Positions 24,461 to 36,849 of a stretch of 64,000 bases of DNA are shown here, in pieces (the first letter of the stretch is position 1; each line of letters starts with the position of its first letter). The position numbers and the translations under genes were made by a program. The stretch covers positions 54,498,001 to 54,562,000 of the forward strand of contig NC_043012.1 in the NCBI RefSeq assembly GCF_006345805.1, read 5' to 3'. A model generated the notes under the pieces. That model made no database searches. It saw nothing but the letters and a program-made list of their open reading frames with translations, and was not told the origin of the DNA. Source of the stretch: Octopus sinensis (lineage: Eukaryota).

Positions 24461-26814
24461 GAAAGAGTAGATAACCGTAACAAGTGATTTAACACAGTAG
24501 GACCCAGTATTGACTTGTAAAGCATTTAATATGGTCTGTAGTATATTATGGTTGCCTAATGAAATACAGTGTCCCCCACAAGTAATTAATCTGGTTCTAA
24601 GACACAAACTTCACATTTTAAGGGATTCTAAATTAAAACCTTCCAATAAAAATATCATGATAATGACAAAGTTATTTTTCTAAATTCCTCATAGTTTTAA
24701 AAATGAATTGAAACGAAGTAGAGTATTTTAATAGAAATATGGTAACAAAAGGATTGAAAGGTAATTGCTTAATTACCATTTTATTGTCTGATGATGTGTG
24801 TTTTATACATTATGCAAATGCAACGGAAAAAACAAACAAACAATACGTTTAAGTTATGAAAACAAAAAGAAAAATGAGAAAATAAAAAAAGAAATCTTCC
24901 AAGAGTTTATTTCCATTGTCAGTCACCATTTTTGGTGACTTGATTTCAACACCAGCTACTGTAACAGCACAGTCTTTACACACACACACACACACATATT
25001 TGTGTGTGTGCGTGTGTATATATATAGACATATATATATATATATGTGTATGTATGTATAAGTGTATATACACATGTATGTATATACATATTTATATATA
25101 TATATATATGTATATATACACACACACACATATATATGTATGTCTATGTATGTATATATATTTATATGTGTATATATATATAATACTTTATTATGATTAT
25201 ATCAACCCTCATAAGAAATCTCCACATTTGACATACATAAACATTGTTTGTTTTTTTTCTTTTTTCCTTGTGAAACTAATCCGCAGTAAAGATTAAACAC
25301 AGAAATTCATTCTGTTTTGCTCTGCCGAAATGGCATTTAGATTAGTAAATGATTAAATTTGCTATCGCATGTATTAAAATAAATGTTAACAGAAAAGAAA
25401 AAGACAATAACATAGAAAAAAAAAAATTAAATATAACCCAATTACCCTGAAGATGCTCTGCAGAGAAGTGTAATTTCCTTTTTCTACCAAATATTAAATA
25501 TTATACAAGAATGATGATTCTTTTAACTTACTCACAGATTCATGCTTCCAGTATTATCAAGAGAGAAAGAGGGGTGGAAAAAAAAAAGGAAATTTATTTA
25601 TGACAAATGAGAGACAAAGGACTTGTTTAGCAGTGTCGTTAAATATATATATATATGTTGTTTTTTTATTATTGAGTTTTTTCTCTCTCTCTTTTTAAGT
25701 TATATAATATTTGAACATTTTTCTCTTCCAAACTTCGATAAACAAAGACTGGAGTTGTTCATCAGTGGCTGTTAGTCTACAGAATTACAAAGCCAAGCCA
25801 GCATTACAGTTCCTGATAGTTCCAGATATATGATTGTTTCAGGATTTCTTTCTTTCTTTCATTTCAATTCAATTCAATTCAATTCCAATGAATCCCCCCT
25901 TAAAAGAACTCTGAAAACATAAAAAAAAATAAAATTTAACAAAATGGGTGCAATAATTCTTGAGCTCATAATAATAATAATAATAATAACAACAAGAGCA
26001 CTCAGAGAGCGCAAACCCCTGCCAAGGCAACACCAATGTCCTCTCAATGATTAGCCAGAGATGATTTTTAAAGTGAGAATATCTGAAATAAATTCAACAG
26101 CTCTCACAAATGAGAATACTAAAAATGAACCTGACCGCTCTCAAAAATTAAGTAAAAAAACAGGAAAAATAATCCAGAATCCTTGTCCGATACCGGATCG
26201 ATCCCAAAATCTAATCAGTTTGTGCCAGTCATGAGGTGAAACATCCCTCAAAGTTTCATCTGAATCCATCCAACTGTTCTTGGGATATCTTGTCCATGGA
26301 CAAACAAACAAACACAACTGAAAACAATACCTCCGCCTTTGCTAATATAGAGATAGTAGTAGCTGTAGTAAGAATAATAATAATAATACATCGACCCCAG
26401 TACTTTACTGGTACTTATTTTATAGATCTCAAAAGGATGAGAGACAAAGTAGATCTTGGCAGAATTTGGACTCGGAACGTAAAGACAGACAAAATACCGA
26501 AGTATTTTGCCTGGTCTGCTAATAACTCTGCCAGCTCGCCACCTTAACAACAATAACAATAATAAGAAGAAGATATATCATATACTGAAGGCAGTGAGCT
26601 GGCAGAATCATTAGCATGCTGGGCGAAATGCTTAGTGGTATTTCATCTGCTGCTATGTTCTGAGTTCCAATTCCGCTGAGGTTGACTTTGCCTTTCGTCC
26701 TTGATTAAATAAGAAGTAGTTGTGCACTGGGGTCAATGTAATCAACTTAATGCCTTTGTCTGTCCTTGTTTGTCCTATATATCTTTAGCCCCTTGTGGGT
26801 AATAAAGAAATAAA

Positions 26815-27110
26815 TATACTGATAGCAGAAGAGAGTAAAATTGATGTCAAAGAAGCTGAGAAAAAATTTTTAAATATCAAAACTGAACCAGAGAGAGATG
26901 AAGAGATTGCAAAAGACAAGGATGAAATCTGTTCTTGTGGTGAATGGTGCATTCAGCACAACACCCAAACAGTTACTTGAGAGATTAAAGGATATTAGAA
27001 CTAAGACACATATTGTGAACTTGCAGACAAGTGCCATCTTGTATTCTACAAGAATTCCAAGAGAAATTCTTGAAATCTGAGGAAACTTATTCGTCATCAA
27101 ATCTCTTGGT
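26815..27110 (+). mobile_element. Second R4/Dong-type RLE C-terminal relic
   Basis: Frameshifted KEAEK..KY, VLVVNGAFSTTPKQL and LQTSAILYSTRIPREILEI* match the RLE C-terminal motif VPVVIGALG...LQK.ALLGTARILRKVL. Confidence 0.7.
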
Positions 27111-27189
27111 ATTATCTCTGCTAAATTAGCATGTAATAATATCATGCTAACAATTCTGCCAGCTTGCCACCTTATATACAACAACAACA

Positions 27190-27410
27190 ACAACAATATT
27201 GGTTTCATATTTTGGCACAAGGCCAGCAATTTCTGGGGAGGGAGTTGATGACATCAATCTCAGTGCTCAACTGGTACTTATGTTGTTGACCCTACAAAAG
27301 GATGAAAGGCAAAGTCAACCACAGTGGAATTTGAACTCAGAATGTTAAGAGGGACAAAATACTGCTAAGCATTTTGCCTGGTGCACTAACAATTCTGCCA
27401 GCTCACCACC

Positions 27411-27448
<38 letters not shown>

Positions 27449-28200
27449 CCTTTCTACTAAAGACACAAGGCCTGAAATTTTGGGGGTAGAGGACTAGTCA
27501 ATTACATTGACCCCCCCCCCCCCCCAGTGTTTCACTGGTACTTAATTTATTGATCCCGAAAGGATGAAAGGCAAAGTTGACCTTGGTAGAATTTGAACTC
27601 AGAAGGTAAGGACAGATAAAATGCTGCTAAGCATATCGCCCGGCTTGCTAACAATTCTGCAAATAATCCTTTCTACTAAAGGCACAAGGCCTGAAGTTTT
27701 GGGAGCGGGAACTAGTCAATTACTCCCAGGATTTCACTGGTACTTAATTTATTGATCCCGAAAGGACAAAAGGCAAAGTTGACCCCAGCAGAATTTGAAC
27801 CCAGAACATCAAGGTCAACAAAATGCCACTAAGCATTTTGGCCCGCATGTTAACAATTCTGCCCCCTTGCTGCCTTAATAATAATAATAATAATAATAAT
27901 AATCCTTTCTATTATAGGCACAAGGCCTGAAATTTGGGAGGAGGGAGTTAAGTTGATTATATCAACCCCAGTACTCAATTTATCAACCCTGAAAGGATGA
28001 AAGGCAAAGTCAACTTCGGCAGAATTTGAACTCAGAACATAGCGACAGACGAAATACCACTAAACATTTCATCCAGCGTGCTAACGATTCTGCCAGCTCG
28101 CCAACTTAATGGTTTCAAATTCTGGTACAAGGCTAGCTAATTACATCAGCCTCAATACTCAACTGGTACTTAGTTTACCAGCTCTGAAAGGATGATAATA
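27190..28200 (-). mobile_element. Cluster of SINE family A copies in (AAT)n
   Basis: About five head-to-tail copies, all on minus. Confidence 0.85.
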
Positions 28201-28667
28201 ATAATAATAATAATTAGTATGGATATGGCAACACACACACACACACACACAATAAATAAATGAATAGAACCAAACATTAAAATATAAATATTAAAAGCTC
28301 GCAAATCAATTATTGAAGTAATATATATATCATACTTTATTTTCTTGTACCATTTATTACAAAGTGGTTCGACACATATTTTTTAGACATTGGTCAATCG
28401 TTAGCTTGGTCAACAGAAACATCTGAATTCAATATTGCAGGTGAAAAAGATACTCACCAATTATACAGTGTCAACACTGAAGGTAGACTTAGCCCCACCA
28501 CAACCCCAAGCCCCAGCAAATCAATGCATTAGGCTCTCTAGTATTTATTCATTGGCAGCAAGCCACAGCATACATAGCATAGGCCCTCAGAAATTCTGGG
28601 TTGGTGTCTAGCATGCAGGAAGACTACTGCAAGTGAGGCACCCCTCAGCTTTTGTTAAAGTATGTCT

Positions 28668-29045
28668 TTCATCATCATCATTGTGCAACCGTGGTCAAGA
28701 CAATAGAATTTACTATGTTACGCCAGACTTCACGGTCCATCATAGCACTACGGAGGTCCTGTTGCTGGATGCCTGTATCCCTGGAGATTACATCAGGGTA
28801 GGAGAGTGTGCGCCCTCTGGTATCGTGAGTAGATGGCTTCCAGAGGAGAAGAGTAGAAATTGCCTCGTTTTCAGCTCTACAACAATGTCCAGCAAACTGG
28901 ACTCTCCTACCTTTCACAAGAGATGATACAGGTGGTAGTTTCCCATATATTTGTACTTTGGTTGGATGATGCTCCCACGAGAGATTTTGAGCTCCCATAA
29001 GGAGGCGAGTGTAAGTTCCATCCAACTGCCTCTCAAGCTTCTTTG
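28668..29045 (-). mobile_element. 3' fragment of a second RTE-like LINE family
   Basis: ORF 28678-29025: LDGTYTRLL...RRVQFAGHC...DTG...AMMDREVW; followed by a (TGA)n tail. Confidence 0.8.
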
Positions 29046-30332
29046 ATAATGTCCAGGTTTCTGAGCCACATAGTAGAATTGGTTCGACTGTGGCTTTGAA
29101 GATTTGTCTCTAGAACTCGCTTCAAACCCAGGTTATGTCAGCGCCAATAATTGGTGGTGACTTGGTCAGTGAATCCTCTGTGACAGTTGACAACCAATGG
29201 CAAGATGAGCTGCTACAGATCACACTATCCCACAGTGTGTTGCTATGTGACTGGGGACCACGCATGAACTTGTATTCCCACTGAAACTCCAAACACAAAC
29301 TCTACACCTGATCAGCAAATAATGACTATGGTTGAGGCATCCCTGCTACAGCCTTGACTATGGCCAAGCATTGGCTGTAGTCCACATTCAAGAGGGATGT
29401 GGTGAATTCATTGGTTGAAGCTGGCCCAACTCAACCTAGCTGAATTCTGGCACAAGTATAAGTAAGTACAGCATAGATCAAAACTGGGTCCTTATACTCA
29501 TGAGGGGTCCCAGTCCACAGGCAACTGCCCAGTGTGTCCATGCCTTAAGACAACACAGGTTACACTATCTGCAGCAAGGAATTATATCTTAAAACAGTAA
29601 CTCCTAACACAAACCTTAGGTTTTGCTCAATCAGAGATGACTTGGCCTGGGGAGCGGGGGGGAACTACATAATGACAACAACACAAAATTGGGTCCTTTA
29701 GTACAGCAATGGAGGCTATATATATATATGTATATAACATGCTGAAGGTTTAACTAATATCAGTAACTTATTAAACAGCTTGCTTCAGTTCACCTGGGGA
29801 CAATCAGAAACCATATCTACTTCACAGCTAAGTGTATAATTAGTAGAAAAAGATATCCAATTGTGAAACCAATTGCTTTAAGTCCACTCGTAATTTTGAA
29901 GTGGGATTTTCTAGGCATAGGCCTGGCTGTGTGGTAAAAGAAGCTTTCTTTGTAACCATGTGGTTTCAAGTTCAATCCCACTGTGCAGCAACTTGGGCAA
30001 GAGTCATCAACTTTAGGCTCAGGCTGACCAATGCCTTGGGAGTGGATTTAGTAGGCAGAAACTGTGTGGAAGCATGTTGTATAAAATACGAACACATACA
30101 AAACATCCAAGGGTGTATTTTTTTTCTCCTCTGTAGATATGCTCAGGTCATACAAATTTAATTTACTGAGTATTAATTGAAACAGCTGTAAGGGATGAGG
30201 ATTAATTTGGTGTTAATAATAAATAATTAACTTCCCAATCTCCCTTTTCTTTTTCTTCTTTTATCTGTCTATATGTCTGTCTGTCTGTGTGTGTGTATAT
30301 ATATATATTTTTTCTCTCCTTGTTTTTTCTGT

Positions 30333-30374
30333 GTCCCTTTCTGTAGAAGAGCGTAGGCTCGAAATGTAAAAGAC
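30333..30374 (+). ncRNA. Degenerate minimal type-I hammerhead ribozyme motif (Penelope-like element relic)
   Basis: CTTT-CTGTAGA-A-GAGC(GTAG)GCTC-GAAA-TGTA-AAAG: stems I and II and GAAA are present; the core and palindrome each differ from consensus at one base. Confidence 0.45.
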
Positions 30375-30442
30375 TTTTTTTATTCCTGTGCGTTATACTA
30401 ATACATCTGCCTGTCTTCGTCTTTTGTTTTTTCGTAAACTCT

Positions 30443-30493
<51 letters not shown>

Positions 30494-31453
30494 TATGTTT
30501 TTTTTTACTACCAACAAGGGGCTAAACATAGAGGGGACAAACAAGGACAGACAAAGGGATTAAGTTGATTACATCAACCCCAGTGCGAAACTGGTACTTT
30601 ATTTATCAACCCCGAAAGGATGAAAGGCAAAGTCGACATACAGACGAAATACCGCTAATGTTTCTGCCAGCTCGCCGCTGGCATATATATATGTCTAGAC
30701 TGAGCTTTACAAAGGACTGAGATATCTGTGCCCTGCTGTACTCAAGAAGACTTGTCTGCCACATAAAAAGCACCCAATACACTATGTGGAGGGGTTGGCA
30801 TTAGGAAAGGCATCCAGCTATAGAAACCATGCCAGGACAGACAATGGAACCTGGTGCAGCCCTGGTCAAACCATCTAACCCATGCCAGCATAGAAAACAG
30901 ACATTAAATGATGATGATATGTGCATGTGCATCAGTTCCCTATCACCCTTCCACTGCCGATGACTGGTGTGGGTTTGTTGATATCCCCATAACTTAGCAG
31001 TCTGGCAAAAGAGACTGATACAGTAAGTACATGACTTAAATAGAAAATAAATACTAGGATTGATTTCAGTCTGGTGACAAATAAAAGATAAAAGAACTAA
31101 AAAATTATATATCAATTAACCCTTTTGTGGCAAAATATCTAATGAACAAATTTGCCAAAATGTTTCAATGTAGTCAAGACTAATGGAGGAGTTTTGTAAA
31201 ATATTTAGTAAAGCATTTGTATGTCTTCCCTTTATAAATGTTTGAGTTTCAAAATGCAGCTGCAACAAATCCATGGTTAACCAACACCATCCTTAATTAT
31301 TTTACATATGTTCAATTACAAAATCTGTGTTAAAAAGATAATTGCTTCAAGTGAACTTGTTTCATATGCTATTTAACACTTGTGATACTAAGCCAACTGA
31401 GATCATTCTTAGTTCTAAATTTCCTGTTTAAAAAAACAAAACAAAAAAAAAAC

Positions 31454-31491
<38 letters not shown>

Positions 31492-31493
<2 letters not shown>

Positions 31494-32049
31494 GCCCTGA
31501 TGCAGTACCAGGCAGTGGCTCTCATGGCTTCTGATCTTAACTGATTGGAAGTGTTATCATGTACATTGTTTTGTCTTGGTATAAAAGATGGGCTACAGCA
31601 AATATTCTGCTCAATACCACAGATTTGCTTGTCAGTTGTTTGACCTTAACCAGTTGAACATGTCCTTTAGTGGCTGACGATATGTGCATCTCTGATCACG
31701 AGCAGAAGTAGTGGGGGGAGCATCATAGCCATGTGTTGAGAGGGATTCTTTGGGGTTTGAATAATTCACCTCTGGAAACATGGGTGGTTCTTTCAACATC
31801 CTTAAACAACCCTTATTCAGGGACCTTTTGAGTGGGATGGGCTACTCAACCTGAAGAAAATTCTAACTGGGCCCCCACCTGCAAGGTCATGTGCTGTTTA
31901 TCTTGATATGAGATCACCATGTCGCGCACATATGGTTGTGATGCATGTTCCTGGTGTACCCTTATCAGACGGGTAGTCATGATGGATATATTGGGCTTCG
32001 TATATTTTACCCCAGTGTCACTTTGATGGCATGAACTGCTCTCTCACTC
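31492..32049 (+). mobile_element. ~560-bp non-tRNA retroposon-like element embedded in (AAT)n (family C; longest copy seen)
   Basis: (AAT)n on both sides; partial copies at 4941-5257, 7766-8210, 8468-8730 and 19715-19900; those retaining the 3' end finish CTCTC(T)CACTC then AAT repeats. Confidence 0.8.
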
Positions 32050-32087
<38 letters not shown>

Positions 32088-32219
32088 TAATAATAATAAT
32101 AATAGTTGTCGTCATCATCATTTAACATCTGTTTTCCATACTGGTATAGGCACTTTTACATGGAGTTGCCACAGGTAGCTTTTATGTGGTACCACATGGG
32201 TGCTGCTACATGGTGCCTA

Positions 32220-32600
32220 TATATATACTGGGATGGAGAATGACAGGTTACTCAAAACAATTGTTTTATGGTAAACATCCGTGGCATAAACATAAAAAAA
32301 GCATTTTAGGAGTGCTGTCAAAAATAACCTTAAGGCTCTTAGTGCACATGTTGAAAACTGGAAATGGATGATGGAAAACCGTTTGGTCTGAAATGAAGTG
32401 ATCTACGATTGTAGTAAAAATTTGAAAATGAGAATTAAATACTCCATCATGAAATGAGCACTCTATAAACAGGATTTGATCTCAATTCTGGATGCTTTGT
32501 AACATCTGCTGTAAGGTAGGTCTGTTTCATCCTAATCAGGACTTGCTAATCATGAGCTCTCATTATGGCATTTACTAAGTGACAATCATCATCATCTATA
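32220..32600 (+). mobile_element. Old RTE (BovB-like) C-terminal relic
   Basis: Degenerate RM...SKQLFYG...K.NLKAL....W peptide across frameshifts. Confidence 0.45.
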
Positions 32601-32697
32601 TATATATATATAGAGTGAAGGGTAAAAACCCCCTCCGGTCATAAGTAACCATGGGATTACACCATAGCTTTATGATTGTGAGCTTAATACTGTAATT

Positions 32698-33406
32698 CAG
32701 TGGTTCCCAATGTGGGATATACGCCCCACCAGTGGCGTTTAGAAAAATTGTGGTGGGGCGTGAGATTCGAAATTTTTGTTTCTTTTTTTTTTTTTAGTGG
32801 GACATGGAATCATGAAAATCTTTTCTTCTTACAGCAAACATACTCAGCTTAGCCAAACCAATTCCTCCAGTCAAACATACTGTGTGAAGATGGTCTTCAC
32901 AGTATAGTGCTATTCTAATGCCCAAGTATGGATATTTCTTAAAGGAAAGTATATATTCTTTTATTTGTTGCAGTCATTTGACTGTGGCCACACTGGAGCA
33001 CTCAAACGGTTCTTTTAGTCAAAGAAATCAACCCAGGACTTATTCTTTGTAAGCCTAGTACATCAGTCTCTTTTGCTGCACCACTAAGTTATGGGGATAA
33101 AAACACACCAACACTGATTGTCAAGCAATGGTGGGAGGACAAACACAGACACAAAAACATACACATATATACAATGGGCTTCTTTCAGTTTCTATCTACC
33201 AAATCCACTCACAAGGCTTTGGTCAACCAGAGGCTGTAGTAGAAAACACTTGCCCAAGGTGCCCTGCAGTGGGACTGAACCCAGAACTATGTGGTTGGGA
33301 AGGAAATATTAAATATGAATTTTTTTTTTTCCAAGCAACTAGTAGGGCATATATTTTTTAGGAAAGTTATGGTGGGGCCTGGTGGAAAATAGGTTGGGAA
33401 GCACTG
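32698..33406. mobile_element. hAT/Charlie-type MITE with a nested SINE
   Basis: CAGTGGTTCCCAA...TTGGGAAGCACTG ends; flanks CTGTAATT and CTCTAGTT (6 of 8 match, TA-centred). Confidence 0.65.
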
Positions 33407-33832
33407 CTCTAGTTATCATGCAAGGTACCTTTACACTTACAAAGTGTATTGGTTGCTATCATACCAGTGGCATTTTGAGAGGTTGTCCAATACAAACTGA
33501 ACTGAAACGTGCTCTAAACTATGTATCAATTTTGGTTCTAAACAGGGAGTCAGTGGTGTTGTTTGTGGAATCAATATCTTGTTTATGCATCAGCATCTAT
33601 TGAGCTAGATTACTCTTGGTTTCACACACTGGACAGTGGCCAAGCTGGAACATTTCATTCGAGGGTAGAGTCATTTACATCAACCTAAATACTTATTGGT
33701 ATCAACCTTGGAAAGATGAAACGCAGAGTGCAGCTGGGTAAGATTTGATTACAGAGAGTAAAGGGATGTCAACAAATACCATTGATGTCTTTGTTCTTTT
33801 CTTTTTTTTTTAATCTTTCTTTCATGGTTTAA

Positions 33833-34910
33833 CCCTTTTGTTACCAAACCGCCCAAAGCGGCCCGAAACAAATTTTGGTTAATGTGACCAAACCCGCCCA
33901 TATTTACCTATGCATATTTAAATGAGAATATCCGAGCAAATCTCTTTAGTACATTCGTGAAAACACGTATTATACTTCGTAAACAGTTCAACTACAGTTT
34001 TGTACAACAATCGAAGTGTAATTTTAATTCCATGAATTTTGGGAGATTTTTTTCCAAAATTTGTTCCTATTGTGTTTTTAAAATTTGTAATTCTGACAAA
34101 AAATGGATACAAATTTCATTATATCAAGCAGCGAGTCAGAATTCGAAGGATTTTCTACTGAAGACCTTCATAAATCTAACTCTATGACTGAAAGAAAAAA
34201 AGCACGTGGTATTTGATAATGAATCTGATGTTTCATTTTCCGAAAGTGAAAACAGTGAATCCGAGAGCTCCGACAGCGATAAAGAAAATGAATTGGCACC
34301 TGAATGGAGTGAAAATTTAAAAACTGTTTCTTTTGGTGATTTTTTTGAAGAAACTGGACCAAGCCACAGACTTTCCCAGGAGAGTAAAGCCTTAGACTAT
34401 TTCTTTTTACCTTTTCGAATGAGCCTATTTGAAATCATTACGGCGGAAACGAACCGTTACGCTAAATGTAAACAAAGCGAAAGAAAGGATAGTTAGTGGT
34501 TTCCCACAACTTTAAATGAAATTAAGACTATTTTGCCATAAATATTATTATGGGTATCAGAAAGTTACCCAGAATAACAAATTCTATCGTAAAATTTTGT
34601 TGTATACCCAATTGAATATTAGCTAATAACCCATTTTCTATAGCGATGTTTGAACAAAATTTTAATAATTTTATATTTTGTTGAATTTACCTGTATCTAC
34701 CTGCAATTAGAGTCACTTTGTGACAAAAATTATAGTATAGAATTGGTTGAGAACATTTCATTAAATTATCTTCCTAAAATCTCATTAATATATTGATAAA
34801 TAAAAAAGTTATAGTTGTTTAATGAAACCAGACTAAATTTATGATTACGTTAGAAATTAATTGAAACACATAAGGGGTGCATTTTGGTCAGAAATATAGT
34901 AACGAAAGGG
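33833..34910 (+). mobile_element. Non-autonomous piggyBac derivative with a transposase N-terminal remnant
   Basis: TTAA on both sides; TIR CCCTTT[T/C]GTTAC; acidic N-terminus then YFFLPF..SLFEIITAETNRYA...WFPTT..EIK. Confidence 0.9.
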
Positions 34911-34989
34911 TTAATACAACACTGTTTTATATCATGACTTGATTTAAATATACAATAAAATTTATAGAATAATTTAATAGAATAAGAAA

Positions 34990-35134
34990 AGAAAAAAGAG
35001 GGAGGAATGAATCAGATGAGGAATACAAGAAAATAAAGAAATAAAAAGTTTCAAGTAACCCAACACCAAAAATATAAAAAAAATAAATAATATAAAATGA
35101 AGGTTTTAACATACACCATATATCTGTGTGTATG

Positions 35135-35174
<40 letters not shown>

Positions 35175-35317
35175 AGCAACACATGGTACATATAAATATA
35201 TACATACACAAGTAACATATAATATATAATATATACATACAAACAATGCATATAATATGTATAATATATACACACATACAATGCATATACTACATATGTC
35301 TGTGTGTGTGTATGTGC

Positions 35318-35372
<55 letters not shown>
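34990..35372. repeat. Compound (TA)n/(CA)n/(TG)n microsatellite region (similar at 24975-25185, 30448-30492, 45690-45790)
   Basis: Directly visible dinucleotide runs. Confidence 0.9.
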
Positions 35373-35376
<4 letters not shown>

Positions 35377-36192
35377 TTCCAGAAGTATTGAGACTTTTTC
35401 AGGAGAGACATGTATTAATTTCAGAAAAAAGTACAAAATTCTAATCTTCTTCAAAATAGTTCCTTATGACATCAATGCACTTTTTGTGGCACCCCAGCCA
35501 TTTCATTAAAGACCGTATGGAAGTCCTCCAAAACAAAAGTGTCCAGGACCTTTGTCACAACTTCCTTCATCTTCTTTTTCAGCTTGGGGAATAACCAAAA
35601 GTCGCAAGGAGCAATGCCTGGACTATAAGGGAGGGTGAGGGGCAGTTTTGATGCCCATTTCTGTTGAGTAGTTAATCAAACAGGATGGAACTGTGAACTG
35701 GTGCACATTGTCCTGGTGCCAGAGCTCTGACCGTTTGCGACAAAATCTATTCCTGAGCTCCCTCAAAACCTCCGCAAAGTACTCTTCGGTGAATGTATGG
35801 CCAAAAGAAACCCAGGGGATGTAGATGATGCTCTTGCTGTTGACAAAACAAAAAAAAAAGGGATCACCACGAGCTTTCACTTCCCAGTGGACATGCTGAA
35901 CCTGGCCTCTTGTGCCAGCGAAAAACAAATGCTTGGCTCATAGTTGCTGCATAGTGAGCTTCCTGTTTGACTTCATGTTCTGACGGCATTCTGTAAGCTA
36001 GACAGCTGTGACAAGCAGTGTTCACGAGGATGTTCAAAGTGCTGTCACAGCTGTCTCCTTCAATCTGGGATAACAAAAGCTAGCAGGTCAGCTTATTAGA
36101 TATGAAGTAATACCATACTAAAAAAAAGTCACAGCAATCTAGGACAGTTATAATTGTCTCTCATTAAAAAATCTTCTGGAATGCACCTCATA
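35372..36192 (-). mobile_element. Decayed mariner (DD34D-type) transposon
   Basis: Minus frames give EEYFAEVLRELRNRFCRKRSELWHQDN...MGIKTAPHPP.SP..APCDFWLFPKLK; TGCATTCCAGAAG inverted ends. Confidence 0.8.
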
Positions 36193-36255
36193 TATGTATG
36201 TGTGGATAAATGAAAGAGGGGCACACAACACATTTATTGGGAGTTACATGTATGG

Positions 36256-36405
36256 ATCAAAGCAGTCTGACTCAAATTTGTTGGTACTCCAAGAGTTTCA
36301 AGAATGATGCAAATCTTCAGCCATTTTGAATTCAAAATGGCTGAAGATTAGCATCACTCTTGAAACTCTCGGAGTACCAACAAATTTGAATCAAATTGTT
36401 TTGAT
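36256..36405. repeat. Spacer-less palindrome centred on GAATTC (36330/36331)
   Basis: 59-bp core arms with 3 mismatches, extending to 75 bp with 4 more. Confidence 0.95.
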
Positions 36406-36514
36406 ATATATATATCAAAATGAATTTGTATCAGTCTTCAGCATGCAACTGATAATTTGGGACACAAGATGACCAATTACCTCAAACACCCAATCCTGCC
36501 CGCAACATGCACTG

Positions 36515-36520
36515 TTTATT
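36515..36520 (-). promoter_or_regulatory. Probable proximal YIPF3 polyadenylation signal AATAAA
   Basis: tttatt on +, 130 nt downstream of the stop on -. Confidence 0.45.
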
Positions 36521-36649
36521 TGCTTTGAATAAAATCCCTAGGGAATTAAACTTTTCAGCCAAATAGTTAGGCCTTGGGAAGAATATTCAGAGTTTGCTGA
36601 CCTTGCTGTTTGCTTGCATTTGTAGTAGAAGTAGTAGTAGCAGTAAACA

Positions 36650-36849
36650 CTACATGGCCACGCTGTTGTTTGTCTTACTGGCGATAGCTGCTTTCAAGAG
36701 CGATTTACCCGCCGCTTGTATTACAGGTACTGTTGTATTGAGAACGTTAAGAACATTCTGTGGAATATTCAGAACTGGTGTCTGAACAACACTATCTATT
36801 TTATCAATGGCAGCAGATTTTATGTATTGTTTAGGTGACTGGTTTATAT
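36650..36849 (-). CDS. YIPF3: YIPF3 probable last coding exon (H)INQSPKQY...VLNTTVPVIQAAGKSLLKAAIASKTNNSVAM*
   Basis: ttacag acceptor; phase 1 fits; 200 nt ending in TAG; VLNTT resembles human VLNAT; AATAAA follows. The eight exons total 930 nt in one open frame. Confidence 0.75.

Noticed and set aside
24849-25296. ORFs rich in Y/I/C/V/H/T here and at 10158-10613, 34927-35509, 45529-46298
   Set aside because: Translations of (TA)n, (CA)n and (TG)n microsatellites.
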